From IMG/VR virus record IMGVR_UViG_3300027730_000005: DNA of 64,000 nucleotides. One strand, written 5' to 3'. Below the pieces are notes generated by a model. It saw nothing but the letters and a program-made list of their open reading frames with translations, made no database searches and had not been told where the DNA came from. The position numbers and the translations under genes are program-made. Shown piece after piece: positions 1-8,088 of this stretch (positions within the stretch are counted from its first letter, which is position 1; each line of letters opens with the position of its first letter). This DNA comes from a virus (Duplodnaviria; Caudoviricetes).

Positions 1-239
1 ATGATTTTGGCAGCATTTTGTCCAATCACGTATTGGTCTAGATAATTCTTTAACGCAACAGGATCCATCTTGTCAGATGGTTGTGCCGGTGCCGCGGGCG
101 CTTCTTCATCAGTGAGTAGATCTTGACAAAAATCCACACACTCGTTGCAGATACCTGCGTATTCCCCAACAATTAGTTTTTTCACTGAATCTTTGTTTTT
201 GCCGCAAAAGCTGCAAGATGTATGTGTTTCTTTGGTCAT
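1..239 (-). CDS. clpX: ClpX ATPase, N-terminal part (runs off the window; not in the ORF track)
   Basis: Manual translation MTKETHTSCSFCGKNKDSVKKLIVGEYAGICNECVDF...LKNYLDQYVIGQNAAKI shows the ClpX C4 zinc-binding domain and YVIGQxxAK motif. The ATG overlaps the upstream TGA (ATGA). Confidence 0.9.
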   Translation of the reverse strand, partial: MTKETHTSCSFCGKNKDSVKKLIVGEYAGICNECVDFCQDLLTDEEAPAAPAQPSDKMDPVALKNYLDQYVIGQNAAKI

Positions 240-1675
240 TTGGTTTGTGTTATGCGTTGTTCAATTTGGTCACGTTCACTGTCACTGAGCTGATCGGGAT
301 CATATAGTCCTTGTTCAATTTGTTTAATCAGATGATCAATGTAAGCTGTATCGTAAGTGTAGTTATTTTGCTGAGTGGTGTCAATTCCGATCCACGCAGA
401 TCCATTATGTTTATATAGCCTATGTGGAATGCCAGAGGTGGATATAAATGTATCACCTTTGTTTCCTTTATCAGGCAATACTGAACCAAAACCTGACTCA
501 GGAACTTTGGGCAAATATTTCATCCAAGGCAGTTGATCTATTACGCCGACTTCTAGCAAACGTCGATGGCGTTTTAATGTGTCATTGGGATTATCCGCTT
601 TCCATTGTTCCTTGGCATTTTTAAGGTCAACGCTGTCGTTTTCATCATGGTCTTCATCAACTTGTGTTGTGGGCAGAATAACTTTGATCTGCACGGGTTC
701 TTGATCATCCAAAAACGGACCGTCAAGTACATCACACGCTCGGTTGGGGCAGAATGGCCCAATACCTGGGGCATGTACCATTGGCGTACCACATTTATAA
801 CAAGGGTCTAGTGTTGGATCACTAGCTTGGTGTTTTTGGATATCAACTGGTGATGTATCAGCAACTGTGGTGGGCCAAGATGTTTTGGGTATTTCTTCAT
901 CAATTTCTGTTGCTGTTGGTTTGCGAGCCCACTTGAGACTTTCTGTAGCAGCCAACAACATCATAATGGCCAATGGATCAAACACACAAACTAGTAGTAT
1001 GATCACCCAACGCACAGAACGTTCTAGTACATTGGTATCTGTATTGTCCCCATAGATCAATGCTGCAATGTATTTGATTGGGCCAACTTCGGCTTCGATC
1101 TTGCGTACTTCAGCCGATATGGGTGCTCGTTCTTGTCTAAGAGCACTAATTGTTTTCTGTTCGGCTGCAATTTCAGCCAGTAGTCTAGATCTTTCTTTCG
1201 CTTGCGACTTACGGATGGCCACCGCTTTGTCAGCACCCGTTTCTGTTGTCGAGCGTGCCATGCTTTGGTCCACCGCCTCATCGAGTTGTTTAAGTGCTTT
1301 GCGATTAACATCAATGTTGTCCTGTGATACTTTTATTTTTTCGTCGTAGACTGCAATCTTGGCCTGCACGTCTCCCGATACCATGCTTTGATCACTGTGT
1401 GCCTTGCTCAAGAAACCAAAAATGCCCATGCTGGTGATCAGCATTAACATACACACAGCTGGTACTAGATACAATTTCATCAACCAACGGCAGCGTGACC
1501 AATATTCGTGTAGCCACAATGTGACCACAACCTTGGCCAGTTCTAGTACAGAACCCATGATCATAATAGGCACCAGGGCCGCGGCAAATATGGTAGCAAG
1601 ACCTGCAATGCTATAATATGCAGCAATGGCGCTGAGGCCTAATGCCACAGCTAAAGTAATAAGACTAAGAAACAT
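236..1675 (-). CDS. Membrane-anchored coiled-coil protein with an internal zinc-ribbon-like motif
   Basis: N-terminal hydrophobic helices, a coiled coil, a further TM segment, then CYKC...CPNRAC. TAAATA lies 5 nt upstream of the ATG. Confidence 0.6.
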   Translation of the reverse strand: MFLSLITLAVALGLSAIAAYYSIAGLATIFAAALVPIMIMGSVLELAKVVVTLWLHEYWSRCRWLMKLYLVPAVCMLMLITSMGIFGFLSKAHSDQSMVSGDVQAKIAVYDEKIKVSQDNIDVNRKALKQLDEAVDQSMARSTTETGADKAVAIRKSQAKERSRLLAEIAAEQKTISALRQERAPISAEVRKIEAEVGPIKYIAALIYGDNTDTNVLERSVRWVIILLVCVFDPLAIMMLLAATESLKWARKPTATEIDEEIPKTSWPTTVADTSPVDIQKHQASDPTLDPCYKCGTPMVHAPGIGPFCPNRACDVLDGPFLDDQEPVQIKVILPTTQVDEDHDENDSVDLKNAKEQWKADNPNDTLKRHRRLLEVGVIDQLPWMKYLPKVPESGFGSVLPDKGNKGDTFISTSGIPHRLYKHNGSAWIGIDTTQQNNYTYDTAYIDHLIKQIEQGLYDPDQLSDSERDQIEQRITQTK

Positions 1676-1679
1676 AAGA

Positions 1680-2009
1680 TTATTTACCGGGTGGTGCTAG
1701 CACAGTTACCGCATACTTTATAGCTATCCAAGTGGCAAACTTTTCGTCAGGTACATCGAACCACACACGTTGGGGTGTGTTAGATTCGGTGGGCCATCTC
1801 ATACCCTGGCGATCTAGCCGACGTTTAGCACCTGATTGGCCACGCCAGCCACGAATACCAAATTCACGATTGGCTTCTGCAATGATTTTGTACCAAACTT
1901 CGGTACTGCCAATCTCTACCCAAATACGGTGCATGGGTTGGGGCGTTACTTTAAGCGAATTGAATGATTCAGACATGCTCGACGCAGAGATCTCAACTTC
2001 AACAGACAT
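1680..2009 (-). CDS. Hypothetical protein
   Basis: 109-aa ORF preceded by an AAGGA RBS-like sequence; abuts the next gene. Confidence 0.7.
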   Translation of the reverse strand: MSVEVEISASSMSESFNSLKVTPQPMHRIWVEIGSTEVWYKIIAEANREFGIRGWRGQSGAKRRLDRQGMRWPTESNTPQRVWFDVPDEKFATWIAIKYAVTVLAPPGK

Positions 2010-2019
2010 TTACATATCC

Positions 2020-2195
2020 TTTCCAGATTATTCCTCTTGGCATACTCCCAGGGTACCAGCCTGGTTTTGATCGTTCGATCGAGGTCTTAGTCGCATCCTC
2101 AGAGACTTACATCTATTTGCCACGGATATCTACAGGCCCGGGTTATTGAATTACCCTGCAGACACCAATAGAAAGCTCCACCTCCCTACCCATGC
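2020..2195 (-). ncRNA. Putative structured RNA or long structured 5' leader
   Basis: No credible ORF on the minus strand. A 12-bp stem with G-U pairs (2155-2166 with 2125-2136) plus further hairpins, directly behind a consensus promoter. Confidence 0.5.
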
Positions 2196-2201
2196 ATAGT
2201 A

Positions 2202-2230
2202 ATTATAGCAAGAACTACGAGTGTTGTCAA
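2202..2230 (-). promoter_or_regulatory. Sigma70-type promoter
   Basis: TTGACA-17nt-TATAAT, an exact consensus match. Confidence 0.85.
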
Positions 2231-2301
2231 TTTTAACTTGGGTCGCCTTGACCTAAAACGTTGTCGTCTTCATCTTCCAATTGTAATGGTCCATGGAACC
2301 A

Positions 2302-2580
2302 TCACTCTTGTTCATATGCTACCCAACATTTATTTCTGTGATCCCAATGTCGATTATCGTGTACGCCAATATGGAATTCCCAACCTAGCAATCCCAATTC
2401 AAGTCCTATGCCAGCATGATCTTGCATAACAGTATATTGAAACTCAAACCTAAACAAGTTTTCAGTTTTGAGTATTTCAATTTCCCATGATTTGTTTTTG
2501 GTAATTGAGCCTGCATTGTTCCATACATTTTCAAAACGGTCAAACCAAGGACTGCGGAGATTGAAATTCAAATAGATCAT
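2302..2580 (-). CDS. Hypothetical protein
   Basis: 92-aa ORF with an ATGA overlap with the upstream gene. Confidence 0.7.
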   Translation of the reverse strand: MIYLNFNLRSPWFDRFENVWNNAGSITKNKSWEIEILKTENLFRFEFQYTVMQDHAGIGLELGLLGWEFHIGVHDNRHWDHRNKCWVAYEQE

Positions 2581-2795
2581 ACTACGTGACCAAGCACTTG
2601 ATAAATCAACTGATCTAATTCTTCTTGATAGTTATTGTTGCCCTGTCTCCGCTTTAACCAAATTGCAGTTAACAATTCTTTGGCATCAAAACTAGCGTCA
2701 GCTGGCAGTTTCCCGCGAGACTCTAGTTCGTCAAGTAAGTCATCTGTGTCGAATTCCGAGATATCAATATCAACATCAACTGTTATGTATGTCAT
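2577..2795 (-). CDS. Hypothetical acidic protein
   Basis: 72-aa ORF coupled to the ligase stop. Confidence 0.7.
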   Translation of the reverse strand: MTYITVDVDIDISEFDTDDLLDELESRGKLPADASFDAKELLTAIWLKRRQGNNNYQEELDQLIYQVLGHVV

Positions 2796-4180
2796 AGTTT
2801 CTCTCCAGGTTCAAATCCACGGAATCGTTTGTGACGAGGAAATCTCAAGCTGTATGATCCGTCTTGGTTTTGCGTAACTGCGTCAGCTTCGACTTCGCCA
2901 ATGACACCAAGTAGACGATCTCGGGCAGTCCAAAAATCATCACGATCTTTATCGCTATAGCCAGTACCAACATTAACACGAATATTTCGCTCATTATCAA
3001 CTCCTTCGTAAATTATAGCACCAAGTCGGCCAGCATTGCGACCAGTCCCTTCCTCAAAGCCCACAATATTAAGATCCACTGTAATTGTGGGCTTCCATTT
3101 CATCCAAAAGCTGGATCGTTTGCATTCGTAAGGCGCAGACAGATCTTTGATCATGATGCCTTCAAATCCATCCTTTACTGCATCCTGAGCATAACGATTC
3201 ATAATGTCATGGCCCTCGGCAGTGTCCAGATCTACATCAATGCCCGACATAATGCGCAAACAGTCTGTGGCCATTAGTCGATCTCGACTGCTTTCCAACC
3301 ATTCAAGACGCCGTGCTTGTCTGGCATTACAATGCCCTTCCATAAACTCATCCAGCGGCATGGCATCAAAGATGTGATATACCATGTCTGAAGTTTCTGC
3401 ATTGCTCTTGCGATGTGCTTGGCGCATGAGCTTTTGGAAACTCTCGCCTACTACTTCACCATCAAGAATAAAACTACCTTTGATTGGAGAGTGTGCCAGT
3501 AGTGCGGCTCGAGATTCCATCACAGCATCGGCAATCTGTGGAAAATTTGCAAACTCTTTACCGTTACGGCTGTACAATGTGCAACCATTTGCATTGACCA
3601 CAGCAATGACTCGTACACCATCCAGCTTGACTTCCAGGCGTTTGATGCCTTTCATCTTGGCTGGACGATCTGTAGAGTCTTGTGCCAGTTGGCAGGAGAA
3701 CACAGGAATACGATATTGTGTTCTACCCAGTACCTTGTTTAGTGTTTTTTCACTGATACCACACCGTAGATCTTTGCGAATTACTGGAGCACAGATTGTG
3801 TTCCATTCTTCACTATCAAATTCTTCACTCACACGAAGCATGAAGTCACGAGCTGCATGTCCGGTGCTAGAGCGTGTGCGTAGACTTTCAAGCAAGGCCC
3901 AAAACATTGGCCAAGGGTTGTCACGTCCAACAAGTCCTTGGGTTTCGGGCACTTGTTTGACATGAAAAGTATAAAAAGGATTGTATGCTTGATAGCAATT
4001 GAACAAAAAAGACTGAGCGTCGGCACTGCCCAATTTTGCAGCCATCAAGGCTTTTTCAATCACTTTTTCTTTGTGAATGCGACTGTCCGAACTGTTGAGA
4101 TCTTTTATCCAACCCGAGGACATATATCCTTTGAAACGATCATTGTCAATGGTATATGGTGCAAGTGGTTCATACGTCAT
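2792..4180 (-). CDS. lig: ATP-dependent DNA ligase
   Basis: Motif I EVKLDGVR, III LDGEV, IV EGIMIK, V WMKWK, and OB-domain SLRFPR. Confidence 0.93.
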   Translation of the reverse strand: MTYEPLAPYTIDNDRFKGYMSSGWIKDLNSSDSRIHKEKVIEKALMAAKLGSADAQSFLFNCYQAYNPFYTFHVKQVPETQGLVGRDNPWPMFWALLESLRTRSSTGHAARDFMLRVSEEFDSEEWNTICAPVIRKDLRCGISEKTLNKVLGRTQYRIPVFSCQLAQDSTDRPAKMKGIKRLEVKLDGVRVIAVVNANGCTLYSRNGKEFANFPQIADAVMESRAALLAHSPIKGSFILDGEVVGESFQKLMRQAHRKSNAETSDMVYHIFDAMPLDEFMEGHCNARQARRLEWLESSRDRLMATDCLRIMSGIDVDLDTAEGHDIMNRYAQDAVKDGFEGIMIKDLSAPYECKRSSFWMKWKPTITVDLNIVGFEEGTGRNAGRLGAIIYEGVDNERNIRVNVGTGYSDKDRDDFWTARDRLLGVIGEVEADAVTQNQDGSYSLRFPRHKRFRGFEPGEKL

Positions 4181-4183
4181 TAT

Positions 4184-4645
4184 TTACTCTGCTTTCTGTT
4201 TGGTTAATGCACACACGAATAAGAACTTTTCGTAAGCATCACGCACTGCTGGATTAGAGTATAACACATCTGCTTCTTGTTGTAAAGCATTCATTCCTGC
4301 CTCGGCAACATCGTGTGCGCTAGGTCCTTGTAAAGTGCAGAGTTCATTACCAAACTCTTTTGCTAATTTTTTCCAGGCTCGTTCTTGTCTCGGTGTTATT
4401 GGCTTTTGTATTGGTCGAAGCTCACTGGCCATAAGCATGGCTCTAATCATGACATCTTTTGCCACCCGCCCAGCGGCAATTAGCGCGGCATAATTAGGTT
4501 CCACGTCATACCTACAGGATTTACCCCCGGGGTATACGCAGATAAGGTGACTACCTTTATGGAAACTATCCAAAAGATCGCTATCATACTCAGCCACAGG
4601 CCGATACCGCCGTCCAATTTTTTCATAATATATTTTCTTTACCAT
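4184..4645 (-). CDS. Hypothetical protein
   Basis: 153-aa ORF within the operon-like run. Confidence 0.7.
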   Translation of the reverse strand: MVKKIYYEKIGRRYRPVAEYDSDLLDSFHKGSHLICVYPGGKSCRYDVEPNYAALIAAGRVAKDVMIRAMLMASELRPIQKPITPRQERAWKKLAKEFGNELCTLQGPSAHDVAEAGMNALQQEADVLYSNPAVRDAYEKFLFVCALTKQKAE

Positions 4646-5016
4646 GAGCTATTGTAAAACACTTTTAGTCCCAGAAACAATTCGGCCTTGGCGTTACGAA
4701 CAAATGCAAGATCCTGCTCTTGATAATGGTTGTCACTATTATCACCAAAGAAGAATCCTCTAGTAGCAGGTAACCGCTTATTTACAATATCCTGCTCAAG
4801 TTCTTCAAGATCATCCCAGGTGAGTTCTAGTTCGGTGCCATTAAATTGATCTCCAGGATGGCCGTTTGGACGGCCTTTGTTTTCCCATAACTGTTGCATC
4901 CAACCATGCAGATTAGGATGCTTGCGCCAGTATGCAATTTCACGCTGTACCAATTTACCTGCGTTGGCGCTGGCATTTGACTGAGTGGCTGCATAAGCAT
5001 ACATATCTAATCCCAT
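4639..5016 (-). CDS. Conserved phage hypothetical protein (MGLDMY...YWRKH type)
   Basis: MGLDMY start, EIAYWRKHPNLHGWM, FFFG, and YNSSW end. Confidence 0.75.
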   Translation of the reverse strand: MGLDMYAYAATQSNASANAGKLVQREIAYWRKHPNLHGWMQQLWENKGRPNGHPGDQFNGTELELTWDDLEELEQDIVNKRLPATRGFFFGDNSDNHYQEQDLAFVRNAKAELFLGLKVFYNSSW

Positions 5017-5023
5017 ATTTTCC

Positions 5024-5377
5024 TTATGTGTTGACTAAGTTTGGCACTTTGCCATCTTTGAGTGTGCGTAGTAGAATACGATTACGCTCATCTTGCTCTT
5101 TGCGTTCACGCTTTTTGTCATTGTTCCGATCAATGGTCATACGGTCGTATTCTCGTGCCCATAACACACCTTGCATAAACCTGTCGGCATGTTCCAATGA
5201 TCCAGCAAATAATATAGCATCACGGCTGTAGATAGGCAATGCGTCTTTATCTTTTGGCACTAATGCCACACGCTCGCCATACACGTCATCATGCTTGTAA
5301 GCAGTAAACCGCATGCCAAGCCCATCCGCTCGTTCTTCTAACTTACGAATTTGTGTAATTGTATTCCAGCCTGCCAT
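5024..5377 (-). CDS. Hypothetical protein
   Basis: 117-aa ORF with an AGGA RBS. Confidence 0.7.
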   Translation of the reverse strand: MAGWNTITQIRKLEERADGLGMRFTAYKHDDVYGERVALVPKDKDALPIYSRDAILFAGSLEHADRFMQGVLWAREYDRMTIDRNNDKKRERKEQDERNRILLRTLKDGKVPNLVNT

Positions 5378-5408
5378 GACAATTCCTATGTTAGCAAATA
5401 ATCATTGA

Positions 5409-5828
5409 TTATTTGGTGCCATACACCGCCATCATCAGGCTGTCAACTTCGGCTTCTGTCACTACCACTTGAGCGGCTGCGGCACGAGCCTTGGCTGCTT
5501 TGACACGGATAGAATCCATAGTAGGAGCAGTTTTGGCACTCTTCACTACCTTGGCCATTTTGGTCACACGCACCTTTACAGTACGAGCAGGTTTGGCTTT
5601 GGGAGCCACTTCTGCTTGTAGTGCTTCACGAACTGCATCTGAGGTAGCAAAGCCGCTGGCCAAAAGATGTGCAACCGCACTGGCCTTGTCCATAGTAGAC
5701 GGCAGCGGAACAATGTTCACATCAGTATCTCCCAGCTTGGCCAGCTGTTTGGCACGAGCCTCAGAGTTAGCAAAACGAACTTTGAGAACACCTTTGAGAA
5801 CGGAGGTACCAGCGAAAGTGTAAGACAT
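5409..5828 (-). CDS. Basic Ala/Lys-rich protein, possibly DNA-binding
   Basis: AGGAG RBS, its own promoter, and a K/A-rich C-terminal half. Confidence 0.65.
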   Translation of the reverse strand: MSYTFAGTSVLKGVLKVRFANSEARAKQLAKLGDTDVNIVPLPSTMDKASAVAHLLASGFATSDAVREALQAEVAPKAKPARTVKVRVTKMAKVVKSAKTAPTMDSIRVKAAKARAAAAQVVVTEAEVDSLMMAVYGTK

Positions 5829-5856
5829 AAAAACTCCTGAGTTAAATTAAAAATGT

Positions 5857-5885
5857 ATTATAACTGAAAACACAATACCGGTCAA
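5857..5885 (-). promoter_or_regulatory. Early sigma70-type promoter
   Basis: TTGACC-17nt-TATAAT. Confidence 0.8.
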
Positions 5886-6517
5886 CCCCAGGCCAGCCCA
5901 AAGTTGCGGGCACATACCGGACCATACCCAACTTGCACAGAACGATCATCTTTCAGACCATGATTGCAGAAACTGCAACCACCAGTGAGACGTCCATAGC
6001 GTCCTGCGGTAGCAGATGGGTCATCTGCAAACTCTTTTACCAGCTCACACACTTCCTGAGTGGCACTGCGGGTAGCAAAGAACTCGCCGGTAACATCCAC
6101 GCGGCCAAAGAACTTGTTGTTGCCAAACGGGCCGCCGTCAGTGATCAGGACCTGACCTGCATATTTGCTGTTGGTACCTGCACGAAAGAATGCCACTGGC
6201 TGCCCTTGTGTGGTTTGCAATTTAACTTTGACACGGCGCAACTTTTTGGCGGCCACATCAAACAGATCTTGAATCTTTTGAAAGTTCACTTGGATCTGCG
6301 CAACAGGTGCAGGTTGTGTGGCACGTTGCTGCAAAGTATCAACCCAGGTCAGCTGTTTAGGAGACAAGCTACCATAACGATAAAAGTTTTGGATCAAACT
6401 TGAAGCAAAATTGCCATCGTTTTTACTCAGCTTATCCAGAACAGAACTCAGTGTTTCAACCTGAGTTTGTTGTACTGCATTCAGTTGCACAGTCTTGCGA
6501 GTTTGATTTGCGAACAT
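5882..6517 (-). CDS. Hypothetical protein with C-terminal DUF6011-like Cys motif
   Basis: GGCSFCNHGLKDDRSVQVGYGPVCA. Start set at the ATG after an AAGGAG RBS. Confidence 0.7.
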   Translation of the reverse strand: MFANQTRKTVQLNAVQQTQVETLSSVLDKLSKNDGNFASSLIQNFYRYGSLSPKQLTWVDTLQQRATQPAPVAQIQVNFQKIQDLFDVAAKKLRRVKVKLQTTQGQPVAFFRAGTNSKYAGQVLITDGGPFGNNKFFGRVDVTGEFFATRSATQEVCELVKEFADDPSATAGRYGRLTGGCSFCNHGLKDDRSVQVGYGPVCARNFGLAWG

Positions 6518-6547
6518 AAACACTCCTTTTTGTTGCTCTATGTGTAT

Positions 6548-6576
6548 ATTATAGCAAATTGGGCAATTCTGGTCAA
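6548..6576 (-). promoter_or_regulatory. Early sigma70-type promoter
   Basis: GGTTGACC-17nt-TATAAT, one of a repeated set. Confidence 0.85.
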
Positions 6577-6618
6577 CCAAAATCTGCTGTAAAAAAGTTA
6601 ACACTTTGGTATTACTTT

Positions 6619-7068
6619 TTAGTTTACTAGTTTTTTCCTGAACAGTGCGTTGCTCAAGGGCACAAGACCGCCGGCTACTAATCCATCAACATCATACACA
6701 GAGCCCACATACCACACACCATCTCGCATGATGTAGTAATATTCGGCACCGCTGTCGCTCACACGTTGCATGAAATCTTCAAATGTGTGATCCACTGAAA
6801 ACTCGCAACCATTTTCCTTACGATCGCGACCGTAGAAAATAGTGATACCTTCTGCAGGACTCTCAAACGAATGCTCAACACCTTCGGGGATTTCAATGTT
6901 TTGACACAGGCTTGACACATCTCCTAGGGCCACCAAATGATTGGCCTTGGCACTGTCATAGTGTTCAAGCAGAGTGGCGCCAACCCTGCTGAGATAGCCA
7001 TCCCAGTGAATGTAAATGCTCTTGCACTTGTCACCGTGCATGACACCAACGCGACTACGAGTTCCCAT
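6619..7068 (-). CDS. Conserved phage hypothetical protein (MGTRSxIG...YxHWDGY type)
   Basis: MGTRSRVG, SIYIHWDGY, FYGRDR, AEYYY. Start reassigned to 7068. Confidence 0.75.
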   Translation of the reverse strand: MGTRSRVGVMHGDKCKSIYIHWDGYLSRVGATLLEHYDSAKANHLVALGDVSSLCQNIEIPEGVEHSFESPAEGITIFYGRDRKENGCEFSVDHTFEDFMQRVSDSGAEYYYIMRDGVWYVGSVYDVDGLVAGGLVPLSNALFRKKLVN

Positions 7069-7070
7069 GA

Positions 7071-7370
7071 TTATTGACCTTTCATAACGTAGGTTGAAAG
7101 AACCCATTTAGCACGATTCAGCAGTTGGCGCTGGTCTTCCATTATGTTGGCCAGTTGGTCAGAATCGTAAGGGCCAAAAAAGACCATTTCTTGTGCATCA
7201 CTCATCAAGCTCATAGCATACATTGCCGGGCCTGAAAAACGATAGGTCAAACTTTCTTCTACGCACTCACGCATCTGGTCCACGGTAGTACCATACATGC
7301 GAATTTCACGACGGTCTGATTCAGTCATGTCGCGCATGTAGCGGCCTTGGAGGTCAAGCAGTACACTCAT
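7071..7370 (-). CDS. Hypothetical protein
   Basis: AAGGAG RBS and its own promoter. Confidence 0.75.
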   Translation of the reverse strand: MSVLLDLQGRYMRDMTESDRREIRMYGTTVDQMRECVEESLTYRFSGPAMYAMSLMSDAQEMVFFGPYDSDQLANIMEDQRQLLNRAKWVLSTYVMKGQ

Positions 7371-7399
7371 TCGGGCTCCTTTTTGTTAAACTATGCTAT

Positions 7400-7428
7400 A
7401 TTATAGCAAAATGGGAATTTTGGGTCAA
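7400..7428 (-). promoter_or_regulatory. Early sigma70-type promoter
   Basis: GGTTGACC-17nt-TATAAT. Confidence 0.85.
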
Positions 7429-7658
7429 CCAAAAGCTCGGATCATACCCGAAATACCAATGGCTATGCTTACAAGATTAACGGTGATCTGTGGCTTATTT
7501 CCCACACGCCATGCCCAGAGAAAAAACATCACAGTGCCCAGCAGGAATGTAATGATGTTGTAAGGATACGCCGCAGGGCCCACAGCGTTGAGACTGTGAC
7601 CTGCAATGATTAGGACAGCGCCCGACCATTGCAAAATTTCGTTGATGTCTAGTTTCAT
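7425..7658 (-). CDS. Small membrane protein (about 3 TM)
   Basis: Hydrophobic 77-aa ORF whose ATG is 6 nt below a -10 box (leaderless). Confidence 0.7.
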   Translation of the reverse strand: MKLDINEILQWSGAVLIIAGHSLNAVGPAAYPYNIITFLLGTVMFFLWAWRVGNKPQITVNLVSIAIGISGMIRAFG

Positions 7659-7664
7659 GTGTAT

Positions 7665-7693
7665 ATTATAGCCGATCTTGCAATTCTGGTCAA
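7665..7693 (-). promoter_or_regulatory. Early sigma70-type promoter
   Basis: GGTTGACC-17nt-TATAAT. Confidence 0.85.
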
Positions 7694-7701
7694 CCAAAAT
7701 T

Positions 7702-7932
7702 TTAAAGGAATTGAACAGTTTGACGGATAGTGCGATTCAACCGGATTATCTTGCTCATGATTTCCTGAAGTTGCTTCTGCAAAATGGGTTCAGCTTCGCG
7801 GGGTACAGCGTTCATGACTGATTGTAAACGCATAGCGTTAGCAACCAACTCTTGCTTCTTAGTCATTTTCTTGACCATGTCAGCATCTACTAGAGCTTGG
7901 CGCCCACCTACTAACATCTGTACTTTTTGCAT
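7702..7932 (-). CDS. Hypothetical protein
   Basis: AAGGAG RBS and its own promoter. Confidence 0.75.
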   Translation of the reverse strand: MQKVQMLVGGRQALVDADMVKKMTKKQELVANAMRLQSVMNAVPREAEPILQKQLQEIMSKIIRLNRTIRQTVQFL

Positions 7933-7961
7933 GTCAACTCCTTGTTGCTGTTTATGTGTAT

Positions 7962-7990
7962 ATTATAGCCGATTAAACGATTCCGGTCAA
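7962..7990 (-). promoter_or_regulatory. Early sigma70-type promoter
   Basis: GGTTGACC-17nt-TATAAT. Confidence 0.85.
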
Positions 7991-8014
7991 CCAAAATTTC
8001 TGTGAGATTTCACA

Positions 8015-8045
8015 ACAAAAAACCCTGCGCAGGGCAGGGTTTTTG
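8015..8045 (-). terminator. Intrinsic terminator after the porin gene (possibly bidirectional)
   Basis: AAAACCCTGC/GCAGGGTTTT 10-bp inverted repeat flanked by A/T runs. Confidence 0.8.
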
Positions 8046-8088
8046 TGGTTATTTTACAACAATTTGTTGTAAATTTAAGTTGACACAA

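Noticed and set aside
2060-2110. CUGAGGA on the minus strand as a hammerhead ribozyme core
   Set aside because: No stem II closing onto a GAAA follows, so the canonical core cannot be completed. The region is kept only as an unknown structured RNA.
2808-2818. GGTTCAAATCC, resembling a tRNA T-loop
   Set aside because: It lies within the ligase C-terminal codons, and no acceptor, D or anticodon stems can be built around it.
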